NCBI GenBank assembly: GCA_963822965.1
Contig: CAWGJT010000001.1
Location: 160,001-224,000, forward strand
Reading direction: 5' to 3'
From: an uncultured delta proteobacterium
GTDB taxonomy: Bacteria; Myxococcota_A; UBA9160; UBA4427
Length of the DNA stretch: 64,000 nucleotides
Under the pieces are notes generated by a model that was not told the DNA's origin, made no database searches, and saw nothing but the letters and a program-made list of their open reading frames with translations. The position numbers were made by a program, and so were the translations under genes. Positions 48,684 to 56,821 of this stretch are shown here, in pieces (position 1 is the stretch's first letter; the number at the start of each line of letters is the position of its first letter).

Positions 48684-51600
48684 ATGCGTATCGCGAGGCT
48701 CCATACCGGCCTGGCCGCGGCCACGGCTGCCGCCTGCTTCTGGCTGCCGACCCTGGCGGGCGGCGCCACGCTGCCCGAGGACCCGGCAGCCGCCTCTCCT
48801 GCGACCCCGCTCGCAACCCCGCTCGAGACCCCGGAAGACCCGGAAGCGCGCTGGAACCTGCAGTCGCGCCTCGACCGGATCGTCAGCGAACGCGCGAGCC
48901 GGCAGGAGAATGCGCGAGCCGCTCGCCCCGCTCCCGGGTACACGGATCCCTACACGAGCCACGCGTCGATCTTCGACGATCCCGAAGCCCGGCGGTCGCG
49001 CATCGACCTCCATCGACCGCCCGCGGTGGACACCGGCTTCCTGCCCCGAAGCCTGGTTCGACACTCTGCCCTGCGTTGGGGCGCCCTGCTGTCGTGGCTC
49101 GGCAGCTACGAGTCCGCCAGCCAGACCTACGGCCGGGCGGTGGCCCTGGGCACCGACGATGCCGCCACCTGGCTTCAGCTGGGAAGGGCGCGCGCCCGGG
49201 CCGGCGACCTCGACGGCGCCGAGGGTGCGCTGCTCGCGGCCTTCGAACGCGCCGAGGACAAGACCTCCCAGGCACGGGTGTTTCGCAGCCTCGGCGAGGT
49301 GTACCTCGCCATGCACCAACCGCGCGAGGCGCTCGACGCGCTGGAGCGAGGGCTCGACCTCTCTCCCGACGCGCTGCGCATGCTCGCGCTGTACGCGCGC
49401 GCCCGCTACGAGATCGCGCCGCACTGGGAGCCTGCGCCGCCGCGTCCCGTCGTGCTGTGGAGCGAGACCGAAGGCGACCTCGAACGCGCCGCCGGGGAGG
49501 CGTGGCTCGAAGCACGTTATGCGTCGCTGCCGCCCGCACTGCAGCGCGCCGCCAGCTGGGTGTCGCGGCACGCCACCCAGGAGAACGGGCGCCTGGCGAT
49601 GTTGGGCGGAATCGTGTTCCTGGCGCTCGTCTGGCTGGCGGTCCGCCGCCTGAAGGGACGCGGCGACCTGGCGGTCACCCTCGCCTACCCGCCCGAGCTG
49701 GCCGGCAGCTTCAGCGTCCGCATCGCCAACGCACCCGGCCGCTACAAGCGCCAGCCGCGCGCCGCCAAGCTCGCCGCCGTGCAGGGGCTCGCGCCCGCTT
49801 CGACGCGCAGCGAGCACTTCGCGGTGAGCCGCGAGACGAAATTCCAGGGCCTGCGGCCCGGCCTCGTGTACGTGACCGTGGAAGGCGTCCTGCAGGACCC
49901 CGGCAGCACGGAGATCGTGACCGATCCCTTCGACGAGCAGGCCATCCAGATCCTCCCGAAGCAGACGGTGCACCTCGACTTCGAGGTGGCGCCCCGGGAG
50001 AGCGTCGTCGACGTCCGCGTCACCTGGGACAAGCGACCGGCTCGCGACGCCGCCGTCGCGGCGCGCGGGCTGCCGCAGTCCCTGCGCTACGCGCGGGAGG
50101 GCGCCACGCGGCTGCGCCTGCGTAAGGGCCTCCACACCATCGTGGCGGGCAGCGGCGATCGCGTCGCCCAGCGCGACGTGGAGCTCGATTCCTTCCGCGC
50201 GGCGAGCGTCGAGATCGACCTGGGCAGCACCGACAACCTCATCTTCAAGGGCTGCCCGCCGGCCGTCGAGCCCTACCTCCACGGCGACATCAGCGCGGCC
50301 GCGAGGGCCCTGGAACGGGATGGTCACCACGACCTCGCGAACCTGCTGCTGGCGCGCCTGCATCACGAGCACGGGCGCACCGAACGCGCGGCAGACCACT
50401 ACCAGCGCGCGCGGCACTGGCACGAGGCCGCGGAGCTGCGGGCCGAGCTCGAGCAGTGGGAAGAGGCGGCGCTGCTCTTCGAGCAGGCCGGCCTACCGAG
50501 GCGCGCCGGCGAGATGCTGCGCCGGGCGGGCGAGATGCTGCGGGCGGGCGCGTTCTTCGAGCAGGCGGGCGACTTCGAGAACGCCATCGACTGCTACAAG
50601 CAGGCCGGCGAGATCGGCAAGTGGATCGACGCGTTGGAGCGGAGCGGCGCGGTCTTCGACGCTGCGAAGCTGGCCGTCGAGCACCAGGACCAGAGCCGTT
50701 CCATCCGACTGCTGCAGCAGATCCAGCCGGAGCACCCGAACCACGTGCTGGCCTGCGAGATGTTGGCGGCCGCCTACCTGCGCGAGGGGCATCGCGACCT
50801 GGCCGCCCGAAAGCTCGAGGAGCGCATCGCGGCGGTGCCGCCGGACGAGACGCCGACGGACGTGCACTGGCAGCTCGCCTCGCTGCTCGAGCAGGACGGC
50901 GAATTCGACCGCGCCCTGGGCGTCCTCCAGGGGCTGCGCGAGCGCGACCCCACCTACCCGAACATCGCCACCCGCATCGAGGGACTGCGCAAGAAGCAGA
51001 GCGCGCGCGAGCTGGGCGACTCCCGAAGCGGCAGCATCTCCAAGCCCACCGCCTTCCTGCCCGAGAGCCGCTACGAGATCCTCGGCGAGATCGGCCGCGG
51101 CGGCATGGGCGTGGTGCTGAAGGCCCGGGACAAGCGGCTGGACCGCGTGGTGGCCCTGAAGCGCCTACCGGAGACCCTGCGCGACCACCCCAAGGCCATC
51201 CAGCTCTTCCTGCGGGAGGCCCAGTCGGCGGCGCGCCTCAACCACCCCAACATCGTGACGGTGCACGACACCGACCAGGAGGACGGCAACTTCTTCATCA
51301 CGATGGAGCTGCTCGAAGGCTCCCCCATCAGCAAGATCCTGAAGCAGCGCGGGCGCATCAGCCCGAAGAACGCCGCCCAGCTCGGCGTCCAGATCGCCGC
51401 CGGTCTCGAGTACGCCCACAGCAAGGGCATCGTCCACCGGGACATCAAGAGCGCAAACCTCTTCTTCACCGTGGATAAGGTGGTGAAGATCATGGACTTC
51501 GGGCTCGCCAAGATGATGGAAGAGGTGCGCCGCGGGACGACCGTGATCGGCGGAACCCCCTACTACATGGCGCCCGAGCAGGCGGCCGGGGAGACCGTCG

Positions 51601-51848
51601 ACGCCCGAGCCGACATCTACGCCCTGGGCGTCACGCTCTACGAGTTCGTGACCGGCAAGGTCCCATTCGCCGACGGGGACGTCACCTACCACCACCGCCA
51701 CACGCCGGTCCCCGACCCGCGCACGAAGGCCGAGGGGATCCCCGACGAGATGGCCCAGCTCATCCTCGAGATGATGGCCAAGAACCCCGAGGAGCGGGTG
51801 CGGACGGCCGCCGAGGTGGCCGAGCGCCTCGCCCGCCTGATCCGCTGA
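48684..51848 (+). CDS. Membrane Ser/Thr protein kinase (Hanks type) with TPR regions
   Basis: Signal-like N-terminus, TPR-like repeats, one TM (LGGIVFLALVWLAV), second TPR-rich region, C-terminal kinase: IGRGGMGVV, VALK, HRDIKSAN, DFG, GTPYYMAPE. Confidence 0.9.
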   Translation: MRIARLHTGLAAATAAACFWLPTLAGGATLPEDPAAASPATPLATPLETPEDPEARWNLQSRLDRIVSERASRQENARAARPAPGYTDPYTSHASIFDDPEARRSRIDLHRPPAVDTGFLPRSLVRHSALRWGALLSWLGSYESASQTYGRAVALGTDDAATWLQLGRARARAGDLDGAEGALLAAFERAEDKTSQARVFRSLGEVYLAMHQPREALDALERGLDLSPDALRMLALYARARYEIAPHWEPAPPRPVVLWSETEGDLERAAGEAWLEARYASLPPALQRAASWVSRHATQENGRLAMLGGIVFLALVWLAVRRLKGRGDLAVTLAYPPELAGSFSVRIANAPGRYKRQPRAAKLAAVQGLAPASTRSEHFAVSRETKFQGLRPGLVYVTVEGVLQDPGSTEIVTDPFDEQAIQILPKQTVHLDFEVAPRESVVDVRVTWDKRPARDAAVAARGLPQSLRYAREGATRLRLRKGLHTIVAGSGDRVAQRDVELDSFRAASVEIDLGSTDNLIFKGCPPAVEPYLHGDISAAARALERDGHHDLANLLLARLHHEHGRTERAADHYQRARHWHEAAELRAELEQWEEAALLFEQAGLPRRAGEMLRRAGEMLRAGAFFEQAGDFENAIDCYKQAGEIGKWIDALERSGAVFDAAKLAVEHQDQSRSIRLLQQIQPEHPNHVLACEMLAAAYLREGHRDLAARKLEERIAAVPPDETPTDVHWQLASLLEQDGEFDRALGVLQGLRERDPTYPNIATRIEGLRKKQSARELGDSRSGSISKPTAFLPESRYEILGEIGRGGMGVVLKARDKRLDRVVALKRLPETLRDHPKAIQLFLREAQSAARLNHPNIVTVHDTDQEDGNFFITMELLEGSPISKILKQRGRISPKNAAQLGVQIAAGLEYAHSKGIVHRDIKSANLFFTVDKVVKIMDFGLAKMMEEVRRGTTVIGGTPYYMAPEQAAGETVDARADIYALGVTLYEFVTGKVPFADGDVTYHHRHTPVPDPRTKAEGIPDEMAQLILEMMAKNPEERVRTAAEVAERLARLIR

Positions 51849-51878
51849 CTCCGGCGGCGAATCGGAAGGATTCGCGCG

Positions 51879-52349
51879 CTACGGGCAGGGAATCGAGCCC
51901 GCGCAGGCGAGACCCGACGGACCGGGCGTGACCACCGCGATGGCGTCGTCGAACACCTGGCTCACGTCGTCGAGACCGATCCCGCCGTCGCAGTTGAAGT
52001 CCTAGATGGGATCCGTGCTGACGATGACGGCCGCCGCGAACACCTGGTTCACGTCGTCGAGGGCGGTCGCGCCGTCGTTGTTGACGTCCGTGTCGCAGGG
52101 GTTCCCGTAGCCGTCCATGTCGCCGTCCAGCTGCGTGTTGCAAAAGCCGGTCTGGAGGTCCGGACCGTTGGGAACCAACAAGCAGTTGTCGGCCTCGTCC
52201 AGCACCCCGTCGCCGTCGCCGCAGTCACAGAGGACGCCAGCGAGGCCGCTCACCGACAGCCCGAGGGCCAGAACTCCGGCAGCTCCCAGGGCAATCGCAC
52301 CTCTCACGATCCAACGCCGCTTCTCGCGCCCGCTCGTCGCCATCGCCAT
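51879..52349 (-). pseudogene. Secreted TSP3-repeat / dockerin-like Ca-binding protein interrupted by an in-frame TAG (52002-52004)
   Basis: Signal peptide, DGDGVLDEADNC..VPN, DGDMDGYGNPCDTDVNNDG; beyond the TAG the frame continues DFNCDGGIGLDDVSQVF...PGPSGLACAGSIPCP*, the second half of the duplicated motif. Confidence 0.75.
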
Positions 52350-52540
52350 CGTCGTCACCTCCTGGTGTCCTTGCCTCCGTCCCTTTCTACCACGTCACCG
52401 GCGCGACGTGGAAACTCGAAAGCAGCGGCGGCAGCCCGGGGACGCGGCACCCCGTGGGACGACGCGCGACGAGATGATCGAAGGCATGCGCGAGGTCGAC
52501 TAGGATGCGTGCGTTCGAAAGCGAATCGGAGGCGGAAACG

Positions 52541-53560
52541 ATGGCGCTGAAGCTCGGAATCCAGCTCGGCTACTGGCAGGCGCAGCCGCCCGAGGGGTTC
52601 GTCGACACGGTGCAGGAGGCCGAGCGCCTGGGCTACGACGTGGTCTTCACCGCGGAGTCCTGGGGATCGGACGCGTTCACGCCGCTCGCGTGGATCGCCG
52701 CCCACACCGAGCGCATCCGCCTCGCCACGGGCGTCGTCCAGCTCTCGGCGCGCACGCCGACCGCCACCGCCATGCACACGCTCACCCTCGACCACCTGTC
52801 GAAGGGCCGGGTGAGCCTCGGGCTCGGGGTGTCCGGGCCCCAGGTGGTGGAGGGCTGGTACGGCCAGCCCTTCTCGCAGCCGCTGGCGCGCACCCGGGAG
52901 TACATCGACATCGTTCGCCAGGTGCTGCGTCGCCAAGCGCCGGTGACGAACCCGGGTCCCCACTATCCCCTGCCCTACCACGGGCCGGGATCCTGGGAGA
53001 TGGGCAAGCCCCTGCGGCCCATCACGCATCCCCTGCGCGCGGACGTCCCCATCCTGCTCGGCGCGGAGGGCCCGAAGAACGTGGCGCTCGCCGCCGAGAT
53101 CGCCGACGGCTGGCTGCCCCTCTACTACTCGCCGTTCCGCCAGGACGTCTACGCCGAGTCGCTCGCCGGCGCGAAGCCCGGCTTCGAGATCCTGTGCGGC
53201 TGTCAGGTGAGCGTCACCGACGACATCCAGCAGGCGTTGCAGCTCTCGAAGGCGACCCTCGGCTTCTACATCGGCGGCATGGGAAGCCGGAAGCGGAACT
53301 TCCACAAGGAGCTGATGGCCCGCATGGGCTTCGAGGCCGAGGCGGATGAGATCCAGGAGCGCTTCCTGGCGGGCGACCGCGCGGGCGCGATCGCCGCCGT
53401 GCCCGACGCCTTCGTGGACGAGATCTCCCTCGTGGGTCCGAAGGAGCGCATCCGCGACCGCCTGCAGGCGTGGCGGGAGACACCGCTGACGCACCTGCTC
53501 GTCGCCGGAACCGACCGCACGAAGCTGCGCGAGATCGCCGAGCTGGTGCTCGGCGCTTAG
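52541..53560 (+). CDS. LLM-class (luciferase-like) F420-dependent oxidoreductase
   Basis: AESWGSDAFTPLAWIAA.T..IRL.TG, LGLGVSGPQVVEGWYG, GAEGPKNV.LAAEIADGW. Confidence 0.88.
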   Translation: MALKLGIQLGYWQAQPPEGFVDTVQEAERLGYDVVFTAESWGSDAFTPLAWIAAHTERIRLATGVVQLSARTPTATAMHTLTLDHLSKGRVSLGLGVSGPQVVEGWYGQPFSQPLARTREYIDIVRQVLRRQAPVTNPGPHYPLPYHGPGSWEMGKPLRPITHPLRADVPILLGAEGPKNVALAAEIADGWLPLYYSPFRQDVYAESLAGAKPGFEILCGCQVSVTDDIQQALQLSKATLGFYIGGMGSRKRNFHKELMARMGFEAEADEIQERFLAGDRAGAIAAVPDAFVDEISLVGPKERIRDRLQAWRETPLTHLLVAGTDRTKLREIAELVLGA

Positions 53561-53589
53561 TGGCGCCCTGATCCGCAGACGGATCAGGG

Positions 53590-53943
53590 CTAGCTGTCCG
53601 AATCGGCGACCAGCTCACGGAGCGCATCCCGGAGGCTTCCCAGGGCTTCGACCGCCCCGCGGCGGGCCTGCGTCCACATGCTCTCCCGCTCGCGGTCCGC
53701 ATCCCGGGTGACGTCGCGGACCGCGTGGCCCGTCTCTCGGGTCACGTCGCGAACCGCATGGCCCGTCTCTCGGGTCACGTCGCGAACCGCGTGACCCGTC
53801 TCCCGAGTCACGGTCCGGGCACTCTCACCGACGACACGCAAGGCCTCGCCGACCGGCGTATCACCCTCCGCGCAGATGGGGGTCGCGCTCAGCAACAGCA
53901 ACGGCAGCAGGAGCGTGCACCGCCAGGCCACGCTCGACGTCAA
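53590..53943 (-). CDS. Small secreted hypothetical protein with 11-aa repeats
   Basis: Signal peptide (TLLLPLLLLSATPICA), VTRETGHAVRD x3; TTG start overlaps the Sel1 gene stop (alternative GTG at 53931). Confidence 0.6.
   Translation of the reverse strand: MTSSVAWRCTLLLPLLLLSATPICAEGDTPVGEALRVVGESARTVTRETGHAVRDVTRETGHAVRDVTRETGHAVRDVTRDADRERESMWTQARRGAVEALGSLRDALRELVADSDS
53708..53811. repeat. 33-bp tandem repeat x3
   Basis: GTCACGTCGCGAACCGCRTGGCCCGTCTCTCGG-like units, differing mainly at synonymous positions. Confidence 0.85.
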
Positions 53944-55199
53944 ACGCTGTCGTCCTGCGTGTCGTCTTCCCGAACCCCGGCCTCCACCGTGCCCTGCCGG
54001 GCGTCCGCCGGGGTCGACTCGAGCAGTACGAGCTCCTTGCGGGCGCGCCGGTGCCCCTGGGAGGCCGCCTGGGCGAGCCATTGCACGGCTTCGTCGCGCG
54101 AGAGCGAGTCCGAGAGCTGTCGGCTGTACATGCCGCCCAGGTTGTACTGGGCCGGGGCGTAGCCCTGCTCGGCCGCCTTGCGCCACCAGGACTCGGCCTG
54201 GGCCAGGTCCCGCTTCACGCCCTGCCCTGAAAAGTAGAGGTTGCCGAGCATGTTCTGGGCCGAAGCGTGTCCCTTCTCGGCGGCGCGCCGGTACCACACG
54301 AGCGCCTGGCCGAAGTCCTGCGCGACACCGAAGCCCTTCAGGTAGAGCACCGCGAGATTGTTGCAGCCGTCCGCGTCTCCCTGCTCGGCGGCCATTCGCG
54401 ACCAGCGCTCCGCCTCCGCGTACTTGGGCGAGACGCCGTCGCCGGTGGCGTACATGTACCCGAGCTGCGCCTGACTGGGCGCATAGCCCTGCTCGGCCGC
54501 CTGGCGGTACCAGCTCACCGCCTTGGAGGAGGACTGCGGCACGCCGCGGCCCTCGCGATACAGCCCCGCCAGCATGTGTTGGGCGAGCGGCTGGCCGCGC
54601 TCGGCCGCCTGGCGATAGGAGCGCACGGACGCCTCGTCGTCGGCCTCCACGCCGAGGCCCTGCTCGTAGGCGACCCCCAGCGCGTACTCGGCGTCCGCAT
54701 AGCCCGCGTCCGCCGCCTTGCGCCACAGCTCCACCGCCTTCACGGGATCGGGATCGACGCCGCGACCCTGTCGATAGAGCTCTCCCAGCCGGTACCACGC
54801 CGACGGATCTCCCTGCTGGGCGGCCTGCTCGATCCACCGCACGCCCTCGGCCACGCGGGCTTCGGCGCCGTCCTCGCTCACGAGCAGGTGGCCGAGGGCG
54901 CTCTGCGCCCGCGCGTGTCCCTGCTCGGCCGCCCGCTCGTACCAGCCACGCGCGCGGTCGGGATCTCGAGCCGCGTCCTGCCCGGTCTCGTAGGCGAGCC
55001 CGACGCGGTACTGGCTCTCGGCGTCCCCGCTCTCCGCGCGCTCGAGCAGCGCAGCGTCCGGCTCGGCGGCGTCGGCGGAAGACTCGGGGCCGTAGCCGAT
55101 GCGGTTGCAGCCGGCGGATGCGAGCAGGAATCCGGCGAGCAGGAGAGCGGCAGCTCCGGAGGCGATTCCGAAGACGCGGCGGCTGGCTTTCAGGGGCAT
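53940..55199 (-). CDS. Sel1-like repeat lipoprotein
   Basis: Lipobox LASAGC; about nine Sel1 repeats (AQY.LG..Y..G.GV..D...A..WY..AAEQG). Confidence 0.9.
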   Translation of the reverse strand: MPLKASRRVFGIASGAAALLLAGFLLASAGCNRIGYGPESSADAAEPDAALLERAESGDAESQYRVGLAYETGQDAARDPDRARGWYERAAEQGHARAQSALGHLLVSEDGAEARVAEGVRWIEQAAQQGDPSAWYRLGELYRQGRGVDPDPVKAVELWRKAADAGYADAEYALGVAYEQGLGVEADDEASVRSYRQAAERGQPLAQHMLAGLYREGRGVPQSSSKAVSWYRQAAEQGYAPSQAQLGYMYATGDGVSPKYAEAERWSRMAAEQGDADGCNNLAVLYLKGFGVAQDFGQALVWYRRAAEKGHASAQNMLGNLYFSGQGVKRDLAQAESWWRKAAEQGYAPAQYNLGGMYSRQLSDSLSRDEAVQWLAQAASQGHRRARKELVLLESTPADARQGTVEAGVREDDTQDDSV

Positions 55200-55397
55200 G
55201 TCCTTCTCCGAAGCGGGGGGCTCACGACGTGTTTCGGGCGGATCCCGGCTTCGGTTGAGCGCCCGGGCCCGAAACCCGGGCGAGCGGCGCCTGAGGCCCT
55301 TCCGGGTGCCGCAAACGGGTGCAGGGGCTGACGGCGCACGAAGGGCCACGGCTACGCTGGCCGCCGGGGGAGACGCGCTCGAGCGGAGGGCACACAG

Positions 55398-56537
55398 TTG
55401 CCGATCGAACGGGTCCTGATCGTGGGTGGAGGCATCGCCGGCCTGGCAACCGCCGCGGGGCTCTCCCGCGCGGGCATCGCGTGCGAGGTGGTCGAGCGGA
55501 CGGATCGCTGGGCGCCGGTCGGGGCCGGCATCGTCCTGGGCGTGAACGCCATGAAGGTGATGCGGGGGCTGGGGCTGGCGGAGAACATCGCCGCCCGGGG
55601 AGCCCGTCTCGGGCGGGGTGCCATCACCGACCAGCGGGGCCGGGACATCGGCCGCACCGACTTCGGCGTGCTCGAGCCCGAGCTCGGCCCCACCATCGCC
55701 CTGCACCGGGCCGCCCTGCACGACGTGCTGCTCGGCGGCGCAGCCGGCGTTCCCGTGGCCCTGGGCACCAGCGTCGAGCACCTGGAGCTGCACGATTCTC
55801 ACGTGGACGTGCGTTTCACCGACGGGCGCGAGGGGCGCTACGACCTGGTGATCGGCGCCGACGGCCTGCGCTCGCGGGTGCGCGAGCTCGTCTTCGGCGA
55901 CATCGCGATCGCCTACGCGGGCTACACGTGCTGGCGCCTGGTCGTGAAGGCGCCGTTCGACCGCGCCGACATGCGCGAGATGTGGGGCCGCGGCAAGCGC
56001 TTCGGCATCGTGCCCGTGGGAGACGACCGCGTCTACTGCTTCGCGGTGGCCAACGCGCCCCGCGGCGAAGCCGACCCGATGGAGGGCCGACTCGAGCGGT
56101 TCCGCGCCCGCTTCGCGGATTTCGGAGGCCAGGTTCCCGAGATCCTCGCCACGCTCCAACGCCCCGAAGAGCTCATCCACAACGATCTCGAGGAGGTGCC
56201 GGACGGCCCGTGGTACCGGGGCCGCGTGGTGCTGGTGGGTGACGCCGCCCACGCCATGACGCCCAACATGGGGCAGGGCGCGGCCATGGCGCTCGAGGAT
56301 TCGGCGGTGCTCGTCGAGCTGCTGGGGGCGGGCGATCCGCTGCCGGCCGCGCTCGCCGCCTACGTGGCCCGGCGCAACGACCGCGTGCGTTGGGTGCAGA
56401 CCCAGTCGCGCCGCATCGGCCGCATCGGACAGCTCGAGGGCGCCGTGGTGTGCGCGCTGCGCAACGCCGCCCTGCGCCTCGTCCCCGACAGCTCCAGCAC
56501 GGCCGCCCTGCGACGGATGGCGAGCCAGCCCATCTGA
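55398..56537 (+). CDS. FAD-dependent monooxygenase (UbiH/salicylate hydroxylase-like)
   Basis: IVGGGIAGL, IGADGLRSRVR, LVGDAAHAMTPNMGQGAAMALED. Confidence 0.92.
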   Translation: MPIERVLIVGGGIAGLATAAGLSRAGIACEVVERTDRWAPVGAGIVLGVNAMKVMRGLGLAENIAARGARLGRGAITDQRGRDIGRTDFGVLEPELGPTIALHRAALHDVLLGGAAGVPVALGTSVEHLELHDSHVDVRFTDGREGRYDLVIGADGLRSRVRELVFGDIAIAYAGYTCWRLVVKAPFDRADMREMWGRGKRFGIVPVGDDRVYCFAVANAPRGEADPMEGRLERFRARFADFGGQVPEILATLQRPEELIHNDLEEVPDGPWYRGRVVLVGDAAHAMTPNMGQGAAMALEDSAVLVELLGAGDPLPAALAAYVARRNDRVRWVQTQSRRIGRIGQLEGAVVCALRNAALRLVPDSSSTAALRRMASQPI

Positions 56538-56559
56538 CGGTCCGGGGACGGCGCGCGGC

Positions 56560-56608
56560 GGTCCACTGGAGTGGACCCGATCCGCCGACGGGTCCACTCC
56601 AGTAGACC
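56560..56608. promoter_or_regulatory. Two tandem 18-bp dyads, putative enhancer (UAS) for a sigma54 activator
   Basis: GGTCCACT-GG-AGTGGACC (56560-56577, perfect dyad) and GGTCCACT-CC-AGTAGACC (56591-56608), 31 bp apart, about 70-120 bp upstream of the -24 box. Confidence 0.65.
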
Positions 56609-56679
56609 GCCCGTCGCGGGGCCCCGCGTCGAAGCCGCGAATCCGCAGGGGATTCGCGCGCGCCCGGGCGCCGTCGCGC

Positions 56680-56695
56680 TGGCATGTCCCTTGCT
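56680..56695 (+). promoter_or_regulatory. Sigma54 (-24/-12) promoter
   Basis: TGGCATG-TCCC-TTGCT versus consensus TGGCACG-N4-TTGCW, correct GG-N10-GC spacing. Confidence 0.8.
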
Positions 56696-56740
56696 CTCCC
56701 TCGTCTCGAACGCATCGACGCGAGAAAGAGGGAGCCTGCC

Positions 56741-56821
56741 ATGCCGGGGTCCGACTTCGAACGAACCGCAGGAGGGGCGTCGGCGACACGGGCTCGCGCG
56801 CATGCTCGGGGGCCGGCATGA
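56741..56821 (+). CDS. 26-aa upstream ORF (MPGSDFERTAGGASATRARAHARGPA), coupled to the radical SAM gene
   Basis: Strong RBS AAAGAGGGAG 6 nt before the ATG; its TGA overlaps the radical SAM ATG (ATGA). Confidence 0.4.
   Translation: MPGSDFERTAGGASATRARAHARGPA

Noticed and set aside
53708..53811. 33-bp repeats as a CRISPR array
   Set aside because: The repeats are contiguous with no spacers, are in-frame coding, and there are no cas genes
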